64,000 bases of DNA from Lama guanicoe (Eukaryota). Below the pieces are notes generated by a model. That model was not told the DNA's origin. It made no database searches and was given only the letters and a program-made list of their open reading frames with translations. Location of the stretch: positions 2,698,566 through 2,762,565 of the forward strand of contig MU054448.1 in assembly GCA_013239625.1 (NCBI GenBank), written 5' to 3'. Below are positions 37,484 through 49,819 of the stretch, in pieces; the stretch's first letter is position 1; every line of letters begins with the position of its first letter. A program made the position numbers and the translations under genes.

Positions 37484-38289
37484 CATCTGTAAGCAGAGAG
37501 TTAGCAACAGGGTCAGATACATCTGCATAACAAGGCCCGTCCCTGACGCTCCTCCACGTGCCTTCTACATGTTGTCACTTCATACTCATGACGCCAGCAG
37601 ATTGATTCTAATGTGTGTATCTGATAAATGAGAAAACCAAAGCTGAGCCAGGTAAGGACAGCTGGGCAGAGGATCCAGACTACATCTGCCTGACCGGGAA
37701 GTCAACATTCTTCCCACTGCCCCACACCACGCCTCTCACTTGGACAAGGAGAAGGTGGCTGTCATGTCTTTGCTCTTTGTTTGCCACATTTTTCTTTCCT
37801 ATAATTCACACAAGGAAGTTCAACAACACTTCAGACACCCTGCAATCCAAGCATTTAGGAATCAGTGGCATCAAGACATCCCTGCAGATGTCAGGGACTG
37901 AAACGCTGGCATGCACCCAGTAGTATCTGTTGTTCTGAACCAAATCCTGAAGCCTGCTGAGGACAGACTATGGGAACAGGCATGCCAGGGCAGGAGGAAG
38001 AGGAGTGTGGGTGTGGGCATCATAAATCAGGAATGAATTTGTTAAGAAGAGTTTCTTAAGGTTTCAAGGAAGTCTCTGTGGGGCAGAGGAGTGAGAAGAA
38101 ATCACAAGATTTCCAGGCCAGTCATCCAGGTGGGAGAAGAGAACTGGAGGGAGGCTTGTAATGAAACTGCATGACAAGCAGAGAGGTACATGGATCCAGC
38201 CACCAAATCAGGTAAGAAAGTAGGTGGCATGGATGCCTGCAAGAATCACATGTTGTCCGATGCTAAACCAGGGGCTACCAGAGACAAGG

Positions 38290-38820
38290 TGTATTAGTCA
38301 GGGTTCTCCAGAGAACCGGTAGGAATATAAATACAGACACACATGTCTTACATTTCACACATGCTGCATCATGAGAGAGAGAGAGAAATATTATCAAGGA
38401 ATTATAAGAAATTATAAGGAATCAGCTCAGACAATTACAGAGGCTAGCAAGCTGCAGGCCCTGCAGTCGGCACGCTGCAGGCCTGGGAGAGCCAGTGGTG
38501 TAGATCCAGTTCCAGTCTGAAAGTTTGAGAACCAGGAGAAGTGATGGCCTGAAAGCCAGTGGGAAGAGCCGATGTTTCAGTTCAAGTCTAGAGGCAGGAG
38601 AAAGTTGACTCCTACTTTGAAGGCCATCACGCAGGAGTAGTTCTCTTAGTTGGTGGAAGGTCAGCCTTTTTGCTCTACTCAGGCCTTCTGCTGATTAGAC
38701 GAGGCCCACCCACACTGGGGAGGGCATTTACTCAGTCTTCCCACCTAAATGTTAATCTCATCTCACAGAAACACCCAGAATAACATCTAATCAAGTAGAC
38801 ATATAAAATTAACCATCACA
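38290..38820 (-). mobile_element. Complete ERVL solo LTR (MLT2C/D-like)
   Basis: tgtattagtcagggttctccagagaa...taaaattaaccatcaca; perfect 5-bp TSD caagg at 38285-38289 and 38821-38825. Confidence 0.92.
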
Positions 38821-39599
38821 CAAGGGTATAGGAATGAAAAGGGAATAAACTCACAAAAACAGCTAACAAGCTTCCCTGAGAGTCTGGTAGATGGGAAGGA
38901 ACAACTAGAGGACAGACTGGTGCAGATCTTAGCAGCATGAAACTGCAAAGCACCCAAAGAAGTTACCTGGTGTCACTGATGATGGTGTAGGGGGCTGGAG
39001 GGGTGTGCAGGTGAACACTTGGACAGAATACACAAGCCTGTGTAAGCTTTCAGTAGCATAAAAGCTGCTTCTCCAGCCAATAAGGATTTGGGATGAAAGC
39101 ATAATTGTCTTTATGCAACTTTTGTCCAAGCCGAACTGTATGTCACTGTTGACAGAGTGATGGTAAGACTGGTGAAATCTGTGCAATGTTCTGGAACAAG
39201 AATTTCTGCTTGTCTGAATGCTGAGCGTGAGATGTACATATTCACAGGATGTCTGCGGACCCCAGTGCAGTTTTCTTGATACATCAGCACTGACCATCCC
39301 ACCCCCATCCCAGGGCTAGAGCAGGGCCATCAAGGGACAGGGAGTTCCCTTCAGACTGGGCTGGATTAGTTCTTGCAGTAAGTTCTGCCCAGGAGCTGAA
39401 GACATACATTTAGTTGTAATTTTGTCCCTTGATGATAACATGTAAAAACCATGGAACTAAGTGCACAGAAGGGTCACCTAGGAATCAAATTCCCACTGTC
39501 TGGGGCCCTGGCATCGCTGCCTCTAGAACCTCCCCAGATGATGCTGACAGGCAGCAGAGCTGAGAACAATCAATCCAGGGAAGAGAAGAGCATCTCAAC

Positions 39600-40680
39600 C
39601 AAATGCTGAGGCAACCTTAAACACTAATCAGAGAAGTAGAGGCCCCTGAAGAAAGAAAAGGCAGAGATGAAAGGGCTTTGAGAGGAGGCGAGGTCATCGG
39701 TATCATCTGCCATGAGTCAATTTGATGTGGTTAGAGATGCGCCCAAGAACGCGGCAACAGGAGGCAGCCTGCAACCTTGACGAGTGTGACTGGGACAGAA
39801 GCCAGATTGGAGTGAGCTGAAGTGGAAAAGCACCACAGTGACATTTTTGAGTTCTGCTCTGAATAGATGAGCAGAAATGATGTAGCAGCTGCCGAAGGGG
39901 GCTGGGGGATGGAGAGATTATTTTTACACTGTTGGGAATGGCCAGATAGAAAAGAAGAATTTGACGACGAAGGAGAAAAGCATGGTAACAGCAGCAGTGA
40001 GGTCCCTGAGAAAGCAAGAGGAGAAGGAGTCCAGATCTTTGATGGGAGCCTTGGAAGCATGATGGAAGATGGAGGGTAGGCCAATAAACCAAGGCAGGTC
40101 TGTAAATGCAGTGATGGGAAGGCAAGGGAGTCCTCATCTGATGGCTTCTATAAATATTTCTTTATACCAATACAATCATACACTAAGGAGGTAATATTTT
40201 GAGGTCTGTTTTGGTCGCCCCATTGACTATACCATGGACATTTTTCATGTCAATACTTGTGTATCTCAATCATCCTTTTACAATTTCTGCATAGTATTCC
40301 TTTGTACAGTTGACCATAATTTGTTTAATCAATATTCTTGTAGTGCTAAGTTGATTTTTCCCCACATCGTGATGATAAATGTTCTTACATATTCTTAAAA
40401 ATTATTTTCCTCAGGATAGATTTCTAAGGATGGGATTTCTATAAAAATCATCCTTTGGTATTAATCAACTTTCCTCACTCCAGTATTTCATTGCTGTTTT
40501 GGGCAATCAGGATTCTACTTCATATACAACACAATGGATATAATTGCCATTTTCTTTCATTTTTTTTTTTATGTTGGGTAAAAATGTTTGCTGCTGATGT
40601 GACTTTACTCCTAAGGGCCTCTTTTAATATACTGTGGTCTCACTTACAGATTGGTTGGGCTTCATGTGAAATTTCTTATT
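39600..40680 (-). mobile_element. L2 internal remnant (to about 40150) followed by an ancient L1 remnant
   Basis: gggacagaagccagattggagtgagctga, gaggtccctgagaa, catctgatggcttcta (L2); tgcatagtattcctttgtac...ccataatttgtttaatcaat (L1 antisense). Confidence 0.55.
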
Positions 40681-41129
40681 AATTGTTTAATGAGCAGCTT
40701 CTCGCTTTTCTGCTAACACAACTGTCAACCTGGAGCTGACTGGCCCACCTTAAAAAGCACTGCTTCTGGCAGTTAAAAGGCATCGGAGTTTAACTTTACA
40801 AGGACAATTTCTCCTCTCCTTCACATGTGCCCCCAACATGCACCCTTTTATGGTACTGTTCTCTTTTGTTGGTTCACATGTGAAATTCTTAACTTTCCAA
40901 AACTGACCCTAAGTCCTCTGAAGACTCATACCAAACTTGGCTCAAATGTTCCTGACTCCTCTCCACCCAAAAGCATTTTTCAGTTCTTGATGTAACACAG
41001 GATCTTTGAATTCTCCCCTCACCCTTATTACACTCGAAAGATACTCTGCAGAAGGACACTCTCCACTACTGCTTTTGAATCCTTCACATTGTCTAGTATA
41101 GAAGCACAACCAGATTGACTTTTAGTCCA

Positions 41130-41740
41130 ATACCCATAGCATCCAAGGATGCCACATGAGCCAATATCTGCTTCTAATGTCAAAGATGAATGAGCTTTTC
41201 AAAATGCACATCTGGTCAGCTCCCAGTATTGCTTAAAGCCCTGCAGGGATTACCTATTGCTCTTGGAATAAAGACAGTTCTTCCTAAGAGGACCCACAAC
41301 GACCTTCCTGCTCTAGTATGAACCCCTTGCTCTCTAAAAACCATTTTTAGAGGTCTTACTTTAGCTTCTTGAGCAAGCCATGTGCTCTTCTACCCTAAAA
41401 GTTGTTCCCTTTGCAGGGAATTCTGTTGACAACTGTCTGTCTGGTTAGCTATGCCTCATCCCTCAGATCTTCACCTGAATGTCACTTCTTCAAGGAAGCA
41501 CCTCTACCCCCATAAGGCTGATTATACGTTCCCCATAGTGCCATTTGATTCCCTTGTAGTCCTTACTCATGACTGAAATGTTATATGTATTTCTGTGCTT
41601 GTCTGGTTAATGTCTGTGTCCCCTACCAGAGGGTGATTTTCATGAACACCAGGACGGCATCTGTTTCCTTCACCATTACATATCTATCATCAAGTACAGC
41701 ATCCAAGAGATGTTTGTTGAGTGAATGAATGAATGAGTAA
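41130..41740 (+). mobile_element. L2 3' end
   Basis: tgcttaaagccctgcag...cctcatccctcagatct...aatgtcacttcttcaaggaagc...tgtttgttgagtgaatgaatgaatga. Confidence 0.8.
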
Positions 41741-41889
41741 ATGGCTAAAACTGAGAGTCCCAGCACATAAGAGCTAGTGATGGGTAGTTGGGGGACTGAC
41801 CTCATGATGGTGGTGCAGGGAAAGCAAGGAGCAGAGATCAACTGTCAAAACCTTCTTAACAAGGGTGCATAAGAAGACTTCAAGCATCA

Positions 41890-42001
41890 GGGGAGGGTGT
41901 AGCTCAGTGGCAGAGTGTGTGCCTAGCACATACAAGGTCCTGGGTTCAATAAATACCTAGTTACATCTCCCACAAAATAAGAAAATAAATATAGAAAAAA
42001 A
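41890..42001 (+). mobile_element. Camelid Vic-1-type SINE with an internal deletion
   Basis: ggggagggtgtagctcagtggcagag...ggtcctgggttcaat; 16-bp TSD aagacttcaag(c/g)atca at 41874-41889 and 42002-42017. Confidence 0.9.
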
Positions 42002-42154
42002 AAGACTTCAAGGATCAATCAGTGTACTATAACAGTATATAAAATTTTGTTCATACATATTTTTGTGGTAACAGAGTCCACTGCATTCATTAAATATTCA
42101 AATGGGTCCTGAATCTCCAAAAAGATGGAAAGCCACTCATCCAATCCCATCTTT

Positions 42155-42265
42155 GGGGGGGTCAAGTAATTAGGTTTGTTTACTTTTAGAGGAGGTACTG
42201 GGGATTGAACCCAGTACTTGTGCATGTTAAGCATGTGCTCTACCACTTGAGCTATACCTTCCCCC
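42155..42265 (-). mobile_element. Camelid Vic-1-type SINE
   Basis: Minus strand gggggaaggtatagctcaagtggtagagcacatgcttaacatgcac...gggttcaatccccagtacctcc; imperfect TSD tccaatcc(c/a)at(c/t)ttt at 42140-42154 and 42269-42283. Confidence 0.9.
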
Positions 42266-42377
42266 TTGTCCAATCCAATTTTTAAACAAGAACTAGATAC
42301 ATGTCCAGAATTGAAATTTGGTCCCTTGAATTCCCACCTAGTGCCTCATCCATTGCTTTCTGACCAAACAATAGTAA

Positions 42378-42525
42378 CCATCATCATCATCGTTATCATC
42401 ATCACCACCACCAGCACCACCATTACCACCACCATCATCAGCATCATCATCACCACCACCACCATCACCACCATCATCAGCATCACCACCACCACCATTA
42501 GCATCATCAGCATCACCATCACCAT
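42378..42525. repeat. Degenerate (CAT/CAC)n trinucleotide repeat, about 150 bp
   Basis: Read directly; it produces the poly-I/T, poly-D/G and poly-M/V ORFs in the track. Confidence 0.95.
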
Positions 42526-42930
42526 GTAAAACATTTGTTTCTGTAGGCCTCTGATTCTTTGGAGATCCACTAAGCAAAATTAAATCTTTGAAACTCTGGG
42601 CTGCCTGAGTGTCTGATGAGGTTAAAGGCTGGGTGGCTGTCCTTAGTTATCCGGCCTCACTCCTCTCCATGAATCCTCAGAGGCAGAGAGCTCTGAAGGC
42701 AGTGCACAGCCGGGGCTTTTCACCCTCCATTTACCTCTTGTTTCTAACTAATGAAGCCTCATGCCCTTGTTGGGCCTTGTTTCTACAAGACTGGACACCT
42801 TCTTTTAACAGGACGTACTTGAAAAACAAGATATTTTCCTTTGTACTAGAAACAAATGGTGATTAATGTGCTCGTCGTAATTAATCTGCGGTGACAGATT
42901 AGTGGTGTAGCAGCAGTTCCTTTGCTGCTG

Positions 42931-43062
42931 NNNNNNNNNNNNNNNNNNNNNNNNNNNNNNNNNNNNNNNNNNNNNNNNNNNNNNNNNNNNNNNNNNNNNN
43001 NNNNNNNNNNNNNNNNNNNNNNNNNNNNNNNNNNNNNNNNNNNNNNNNNNNNNNNNNNNNNN
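42931..43062. other. Assembly gap (132 N)
   Basis: N run. Confidence 1.
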
Positions 43063-43377
43063 AGCCTCTCTCAGGCTCCTGTTAGGCCTGGGCAAGGGGG
43101 AGCTCAGAGCATAAACATTTGTAGAGGAAAAGAGATGGGCTTGATGGAACACAACCAACCACGTCCCCTTTCATCAGAGGTTAAGCATTAAACGTAGGTC
43201 GAGATTCCTCTCATCCACAGGAGGGGATCTTCTTTTAAGAACTATTTCTCCTTTCATCAAAAACTCGTAGCCTCTCCATTCCAGAGATCCCACTGAATTG
43301 CTCATGGTCTATTCCCTATTATCCAGTCACTACAACCAACTTCATTTAGGTAAAGACTTTTTTTTTTTTAACTGGCC

Positions 43378-44600
43378 TATTCATTCAAAAAATACTCATG
43401 GAGTATTTACAAAGTTTGGGCACTATTTCAGGTGGAAGAGAAACAAGTTAACAGAAGACAAAAGGGTTTTGTTTTGTGGGGTTTACATGTAGTGGTGAAC
43501 CCTGGCAACAAGCAAATAAGCAAGAAAAATTACATGCAGTGTTAAGTTCTAAGCAGAGAATCAAAACAAGGTGCAAGGTGATGTGGGAAAGATAGTATTG
43601 ATTGTCACATTAGATTTGGTGGTCCAGGAAGTTCTCTCAAAGGAGCTGAGTTTTAAGCTGCTTTCTGCATGACAAGAAGAAATCAGCCTGTGAACATCAA
43701 AAGAAAACTCATTTTTCCAAAAAAAAGGGAACAGTGAGCTTGGCATGCTGAGGAAGAGAAAGATGAGCAGTGTGGCTGGAAGGAAGTGAGAGAGGGGGTA
43801 AGAGCAGTGGGTCTATCTCAGTTTCCTAGAGCTGGACTAATAAGGTTCCACAGACTGAGTGGCTTAAAGTAACAGAAATGTGTGGTCTACAAGTCTAGGA
43901 GTTAAAAGCCAAGAAATCATGGTTTCAGCATGGTCCTGAAAACTGCAGGGGGAAATATTTCCTTCCCTCTTCTACCTTATGATTTTGTCACCAATCAATC
44001 CTTGGTATTCCTTGCTTTGCAGACCCATCACTCCAGTGTGCCTCTGTGTTCTCCTTGTGTATTCTGTGTCTTTTCTTACAATGATACCAGTCATACTAGA
44101 TTAACCAGCTGGAACACATGGAGATCTGAAAGCCAGATAAGGCACACTGATCATAGTGCAGGAGCAATGGATGACTTTTAAAGGCTCATTACAATGAAAT
44201 GACATAGTTCAGTTTCCATATGGGTATCATAAGTAGACTGGAGGCAGGGCAAGAGGGAAAGATGAAGGTATAAACCACTTAGGAAACTGTCCCATTCATC
44301 TTGGGGGCATACATGTCATGTGGCCTGAACTAGGAAAGTGACAGAGGAAACAAGAGTATGGAGGAGGGTTTGAGATCTATTTAGAAAGTAGAATCCACAG
44401 GTTGGATATAGGTATTTGGAAACTGAAAGGAAACACATTTTTGTCCTGACAGTTGGCAGAGTGGTATAATACTTGCTGGAAAGAAATATCTGGGGGCAGG
44501 GAACAAGTCTGGGAGAGAAAATCAAGTGCTCCATTGTGGACATGTAAGTTGGAGACATCTATGAGACATCTACACAGAAATATAAAATCACCCATTTGGG
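43378..44600 (-). mobile_element. L2 with a nested MLT1B/C-like LTR fragment (about 43812-44103, minus)
   Basis: L2: tattcattcaaaaaatactc...ggtggtccaggaagttctctc...ggacatgtaagttggagacatct. MLT1: cagtttcctagagctg...gtggcttaaagtaacagaaat...tcttacaatgataccagtcatactagatta. Confidence 0.75.
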
Positions 44601-44989
44601 TGTGTGTACCTAAATGCCAGAAGAGAGGACTGGTTTTCTCTCTATAGAGAGAGGAATATGGGGGGGTGGAGAAAGAAGAGAAAGAAAACAAAAGAAGGAA
44701 AGGAAGGAAGGAAGAGAAGGAAGGACCCAGCCTCAAACCCAGAGGAACCCCATGGCTCTCCTTCCCTCTCCTGCACCTGCCTTTGTGAAGGGTCACTGTG
44801 TCCCATGGGTAAGTGCCCCCTCCTGTAATGGGTGATGGATGACTTTTCTCTATGGAACATGGTGTGTGGTGATGAGCCAAGGCTTGGCTGATGCCTGATT
44901 CTACCCATATTTCATTCCTATTTCCCTTTGACCTGGTTCCCCTCCATGAAGATATGGTCCATGTTTAATATGTCTTTAGAGCTAAACAC

Positions 44990-45212
44990 CAGGGTTTCTC
45001 AACCTCGGAACTACTGGCATTTGGGGCTGGATAACTCTCCGTTGTGCTAGATTGTCTTGTGTATTGTAAAATGTTTAGCAGCCCACCTGGCCTCCACCCA
45101 CTAGGTGCCAGTAACAACTTCTGCCCCCATTTGTGACAAAAATGTCTCCAGATATTGACAGATGTTCTCCGAGAAAGGGTGGGGGCAAAATGATCTCAGT
45201 TAAGGACCGCTG
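44990..45212 (+). mobile_element. MER20 DNA transposon
   Basis: cagggtttctcaacctcgg...atgtttagcagc...ggcctccacccactaggtgccagta...aatgtctccagatattg...gttaaggaccgctg. Confidence 0.9.
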
Positions 45213-46344
45213 CCACAGACACATCACAAGGCTCTCTATACTGAAGACATTCATTAAGTATTTGCCATCACTGGTGACAGCAATTATATTTTGACACATA
45301 GCTTCTCTCTACCTTCCTTCACCCACTAAAGGAAATAGATCTTTTATTTTAAAACCCTATAAAATACCATCAGAATTTCTCATTCATCTCTGGCCAGGCC
45401 TTCAGATTCCTTGTTCAGAGTTGAAGACAAATGTGTGAGAAGTCAGAATGAGGTGTAAGAGGGCGTTATTCATTCAGCCAGTCAACGCACGGCAAAGTTA
45501 AACAGCAATTGAATTAACAGAGCCTTTCTGCGACCAAAGCCTGTTTTGATAAGATAGGGGAGGTTATTACCTAAGAAAAATTGCCTCCACACATTCCAAT
45601 GACTTTGCATCCTAAGTAAAAAGTCATCTTTAGCACAACAGATGCCCCTTTAAAATTTTATCAATCAGACAAACAGAGGGGGTGGAGAATGCAAATCAGA
45701 CCATGAAAGTGTAATGCAGAGTCTACAAATTAATAAGATGGTAACATGATCAGACTGAAATGGCATGAAATCAAATGATAGGTAGCTGCCCTCATGGTGC
45801 CCTGTAGCTCCTGAAACCCTAAAGACTGAGCACAAATATGGGGCACACATGTGGCATGGGGGAGCATAGCAATCTATCTTGGTGGCTCCCAATTCAGCCT
45901 CAGAAGCCTTGCTAACACTGCGTTCCTGGAAGCTACTAACAGTCAACCTGAGGCGCACTGCAGATAAAGTGGACTTGCCGAAGCAGCCCCCTTGGAGGGC
46001 TTCCAGTGGGTCCACACCTAATCATGACCCCAAATCAAACCACTTTGTTGTCAAGTAGAATACAGACAATTGAAACCAAAGTAAAGGAAAGTCCTCTCTA
46101 GAAAAGAAAACCTGGGCCACTGGATGCTGCCTCTTTTCCCCTAAACTCCATTCAGGTCCTGCTCGATCCTTCAAGGTGGAGGTAAAAAGGGTGGTCAGTC
46201 TGCTTCCCCTGTAAGAAGGAGTGTTGCATTAGCCCTGATGCTTCTGTGACGTGAATTCAAAGAGAAGTATCAGAAAGGAAAAGAAAGACACCCCCAACAA
46301 AGAAAGGGCTTGCAGAAAATACCCTGTATGAAGAAACAGAAGTG

Positions 46345-46790
46345 TTCTGGTTGTCAGTGAGAATGCAACAAACCACCCCAAAATGTCATACCTTAAAAGC
46401 ACATTATTTCTCTTTCTGTGGGTTAGATGGGTGGTTCTACTTCTTTGGTGTTGGCAGGAGTGTTACAATGGCTGGAGAGGACAGAACGGCCACATCACAC
46501 AGCTAGCAACTGGTGCTGCCACCTGGGAGCTCAGCAGGGGCTGCTGGTGGAGGGTCCTGGTTCTCCTCTGCAGGGGCCTTTTCGCCCCACTGCCTGGTCC
46601 TCCTGACAACATGGCAGCTTCTTTTCAAGAACGAAACATTCAGAAGCCGTCAGCCTTTAAGGCCTTCATTTGAAAGCACTAGAATGTTACTCTAACTACA
46701 TTCTCTTGGCTAAAACAGTTACAGGGCCAGCCTAGATTCCAAGGGAAGGAAAATAAGCCCTTCCTCTCGATACAAGGATCCCCAGACATC
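46345..46790 (-). mobile_element. Old MaLR LTR (MLT1J/K-like)
   Basis: caacaaaccaccccaaaatg...cttaaaa...ctgggagctcagcaggggctgctgg...ttacagggccagcctagattccaaggg. Confidence 0.65.
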
Positions 46791-48479
46791 CAGTCTACCG
46801 ATGGCACCCACATGGAAACTGGACCACGCAATTCCACTTTGATAAGCCTTAAAGTCATCCCTTGTTCTTTCACTATGACTTGCATGCCTTCTGGGGCTTT
46901 CAAATTCCACGTGCTCCAGCTGGTTAACCCAATATGATCGCATCATTTTAAGAAGAGAAGAGACACAGAGACCCCCAGGGAGAAGATGGCCATGTGAGGA
47001 TCCTGGAAGAGACCTTTTGGACACTAGTAGCGATGATGAACCTGTTATCTGACTCCACGCCTAGCCATTCTGGTGTATTTCTCTGCTGCTGGCTCAGACT
47101 CATGCCCTTTGTCCTCTGCAGCACTGTCATCTCATGAAACGCCCTCCTGCAGTTACGCATCTTGCCTGTGCTGACTATACATACCTAGACGAATTTAAGG
47201 AAGGATAATAGGGCCAGAAATAATGACTATCTCCTTTTACCACCTTTTGGCTTTGAACACCAATCACTCCCTACACCACTGTGACAGGGGCATATACAGA
47301 AAACAGACAAGACTCATTTTCATCTAATCAAGTTTTTAATAAGCCCAATTTCCACTTCATCTTCTGACATTTGCTTAAGGCATGCATAAATAGCTGACTT
47401 TATTTTTTAAAATATCTGCTTCATAAAGCTAGCACAAGAATTAGAACAGCACTGCCTTGCAAATGGTAAATGCTCAGAAACGTTAGGTGACGATGATGAT
47501 GCTGATCAAAACAATGGCTGATGTGGTTGGTGCTTCACACATGACAGCTAACATCACTGTTAGAGAGAAGCTCCTTTAGCAGAAGGGATGGTGAGGGGAC
47601 AGGAGGCAATCCATTTGGATGCAGAGAGAGGAAGGTGAGGGTGAGGAGGTTGGAGGGTGCTCTCTGTCCCTCAAGAGGCAGTTGACAGAGCTACCTTTAA
47701 TACCAAATTGTCAGAGACAGCTTTGGGATTTTCACTGGCACAGACACGCTTTCCTTAGAAGGTTAAAGGTCTGTTCATTAGTCTCCTCCCTTGTCTGTTT
47801 CAGCACATGGATGCTCTTCAGTGAAGGCAATTTGTGGAAGGGTGAAAGACACTGAGACCAGGAAAAAAATCGGTATTCCGACACCTGCAGGACAATCACG
47901 TGGTGGGAGGAGGGGTGTGCAGGAGAACTAATGTGTTTAACATTTAATTCTCTGTAATCGAAACTGGAAGTGCACGATCCTGCTCTGTTCCTTTCCAGAG
48001 CTGGTTTATGCAACATCCCTCCCAGCTTGCATTTGATCAACTTCTCTTTTCCAAGTAAATTTTTGTTTCACTCCATTAGGCAAAACTTGTCAAGCAAGAG
48101 CAGGGTAAGTTCTTACCAGCTTTCTTTGTACCAGTGCTACCCTCCCGCTTGACACCAGTTCAACACACCTCCAAGTTTCTGTGATGGCGGGAGAAGCCTC
48201 CTTCTGAGATGTCGAAACAAAAGCAGAGAAAAGACTTACACCTTCTAATGAAGTGGAATAAGGGGAATTTTGACTTGTTATCCTCACTGAACTCAGTAAC
48301 TGCCAAGATACCTCTCCATTTAGCTCCAAGTAACCTGAAAACAGTCAGCTGTTCTGGAGCCTTTCTGGAGACAAAGCTTTGAGACAGAGAGGAAGTGACA
48401 CAATAAGGGTCACTTCTATAGACAATAAGGGTGCAAAGAAGGCAGATCCTGTGTGTTTATCATCTATATCTTTGGAGGC

Positions 48480-49088
48480 CATGGCAGGAAGGCTTCAAGG
48501 TAACCCCCAGTGATCCCTGCCTCCTGGGGTTCACATCTTTGTATAGTCCCTTTGCCTTGACTTAGACGTAGGTCCTATGATCTGCTTCTAATCAACAGAA
48601 TGTAGCAAAAGTGATGGGCTGTCCTTCCCATGATTATGAGATGTTATATAATATCCATCTTGCCGGCAGGTTTACTCTAGAAGCTGTCCTTGCTGGCTTG
48701 ATGAGGAAGTGGCGGTGCTGAGAAACAGTGTAGAACTGTGGGTGGCCCCTGAGAACCACAGGTGGCCTCTAGGAGCTATAGGAGCAGCAGGAGCTGAGGG
48801 CAGTATCCAGCCAAGCAAGAGGCTGGAGCCCTCAAGTCCCCCAGCCACAAGGAAATTAATTCCACCAGCAATCAGAGAGAGCTCAGAAATGGACTCTTTC
48901 CCCGTCAAGCCTTCAGACAAGACCGCAGCCTGCCTGATAGCTTCATTACACCTTTGTGAGTCACTAAGCAGAGGAATCGGCTGGCTGTGCCTGCACTCCT
49001 ATTCAAGGAACTACGAGATAATAAATGTGTGTTGTTTTAAGTCACTAGGTGTGTAGTTACATGTTACACCTCAATAGAAAATGAACCA
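48480..49088 (+). mobile_element. MaLR LTR (MLT1E-like)
   Basis: ccccagtgatccctgcctcctgg...tgcttctaatcaacagaat...ggtggcctctaggagct...cagccacaaggaaattaatt...ataaatgtgtgttgttttaagtcacta. Confidence 0.85.
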
Positions 49089-49779
49089 GGGGTCCCCTGC
49101 CAGCTAGCAACACAATCCAAGCATCCTGCTTTGGTCTGCTCTGAAGGCACTCTGGTTACTTACAGGAGAGCTAAGGGCTTCTTTTGAAGCTTTCTTCCCT
49201 CACCTTCAGGTTTCCAAAATGACTCCCCATATTTCTTACTTCAATATGACCATGACTCTAAACCAAATATATTATTAAAACCTCCAATTTCGGCCACATA
49301 TTTATTTATGATTGTATTTGGTTGTTTCATTTGTCAGTTTACCTCAACTTGTCAGCCACCGAAACAGTCATTTTTGTCAAATTCATCATTACTTTAGCAC
49401 CATATTAACATAGCCACAGCTTCACTTCTGCCAAAACTAAACTGTCTAGAAACAAAAACTTAAACCACATTTTAGAGATTTAAAGAGACTTAGAGAAGGA
49501 AGGTATTTTAGGAGATCTCTATGCTAACTTCCCCACTTTACATGTGAAAGAGGTAATACAGCAAAAATAAATAATGTGTTAAGACTAGATAAAAAGTTAG
49601 TGGCAAACTGGGACAAGGAAACAAGTTGTAATACTCCTCACCCACTAAGAAGTGGAATTTACACTTATAGAGAACCTACAATGGCCAAGGCACTGACAAG
49701 TACTTCACCTATGTTCTCACTTCATTCTTATCAGTTTGGTAAGATATGTATTGTTTTTCCCTGCAGCAGGGAACATACT

Positions 49780-49819
49780 AGACAAGATCCGGCGCGTTCA
49801 CGGTGGTATGGCTGTAGAC
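49780..49819 (-). pseudogene. 3'-truncated, tailless 5S rRNA retropseudogene (5S nt 1-40)
   Basis: Reverse complement GTCTACAGCCATACCACCGTGAACGCGCCGGATCTTGTCT is 36/40 identical to mammalian 5S rRNA nt 1-40 as recalled (GTCTACGGCCATACCACCCTGAACGCGCCCGATCTCGTCT). Perfect direct repeat aacatactaga at 49772-49782 and 49823-49833. Confidence 0.92.

Noticed and set aside
38929-40137. ORFs of 117-144 aa
   Set aside because: The right part is decayed L2; the left part has no recognisable homology or clear exon boundaries.
42266-42577. Apparent poly-His, poly-Thr/Ile or Gly/Asp-rich proteins
   Set aside because: Products of a (CAT/CAC)n repeat; the His frame contains TAG and there is no supporting gene structure.
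44377-44908. 167-aa ORF and neighbours
   Set aside because: Span an L2 remnant and a GA-rich low-complexity tract that lacks stop codons.
49780-49819. Functional 5S rRNA gene
   Set aside because: Only nt 1-40 are present; no internal control region or terminator. Reported as a pseudogene.
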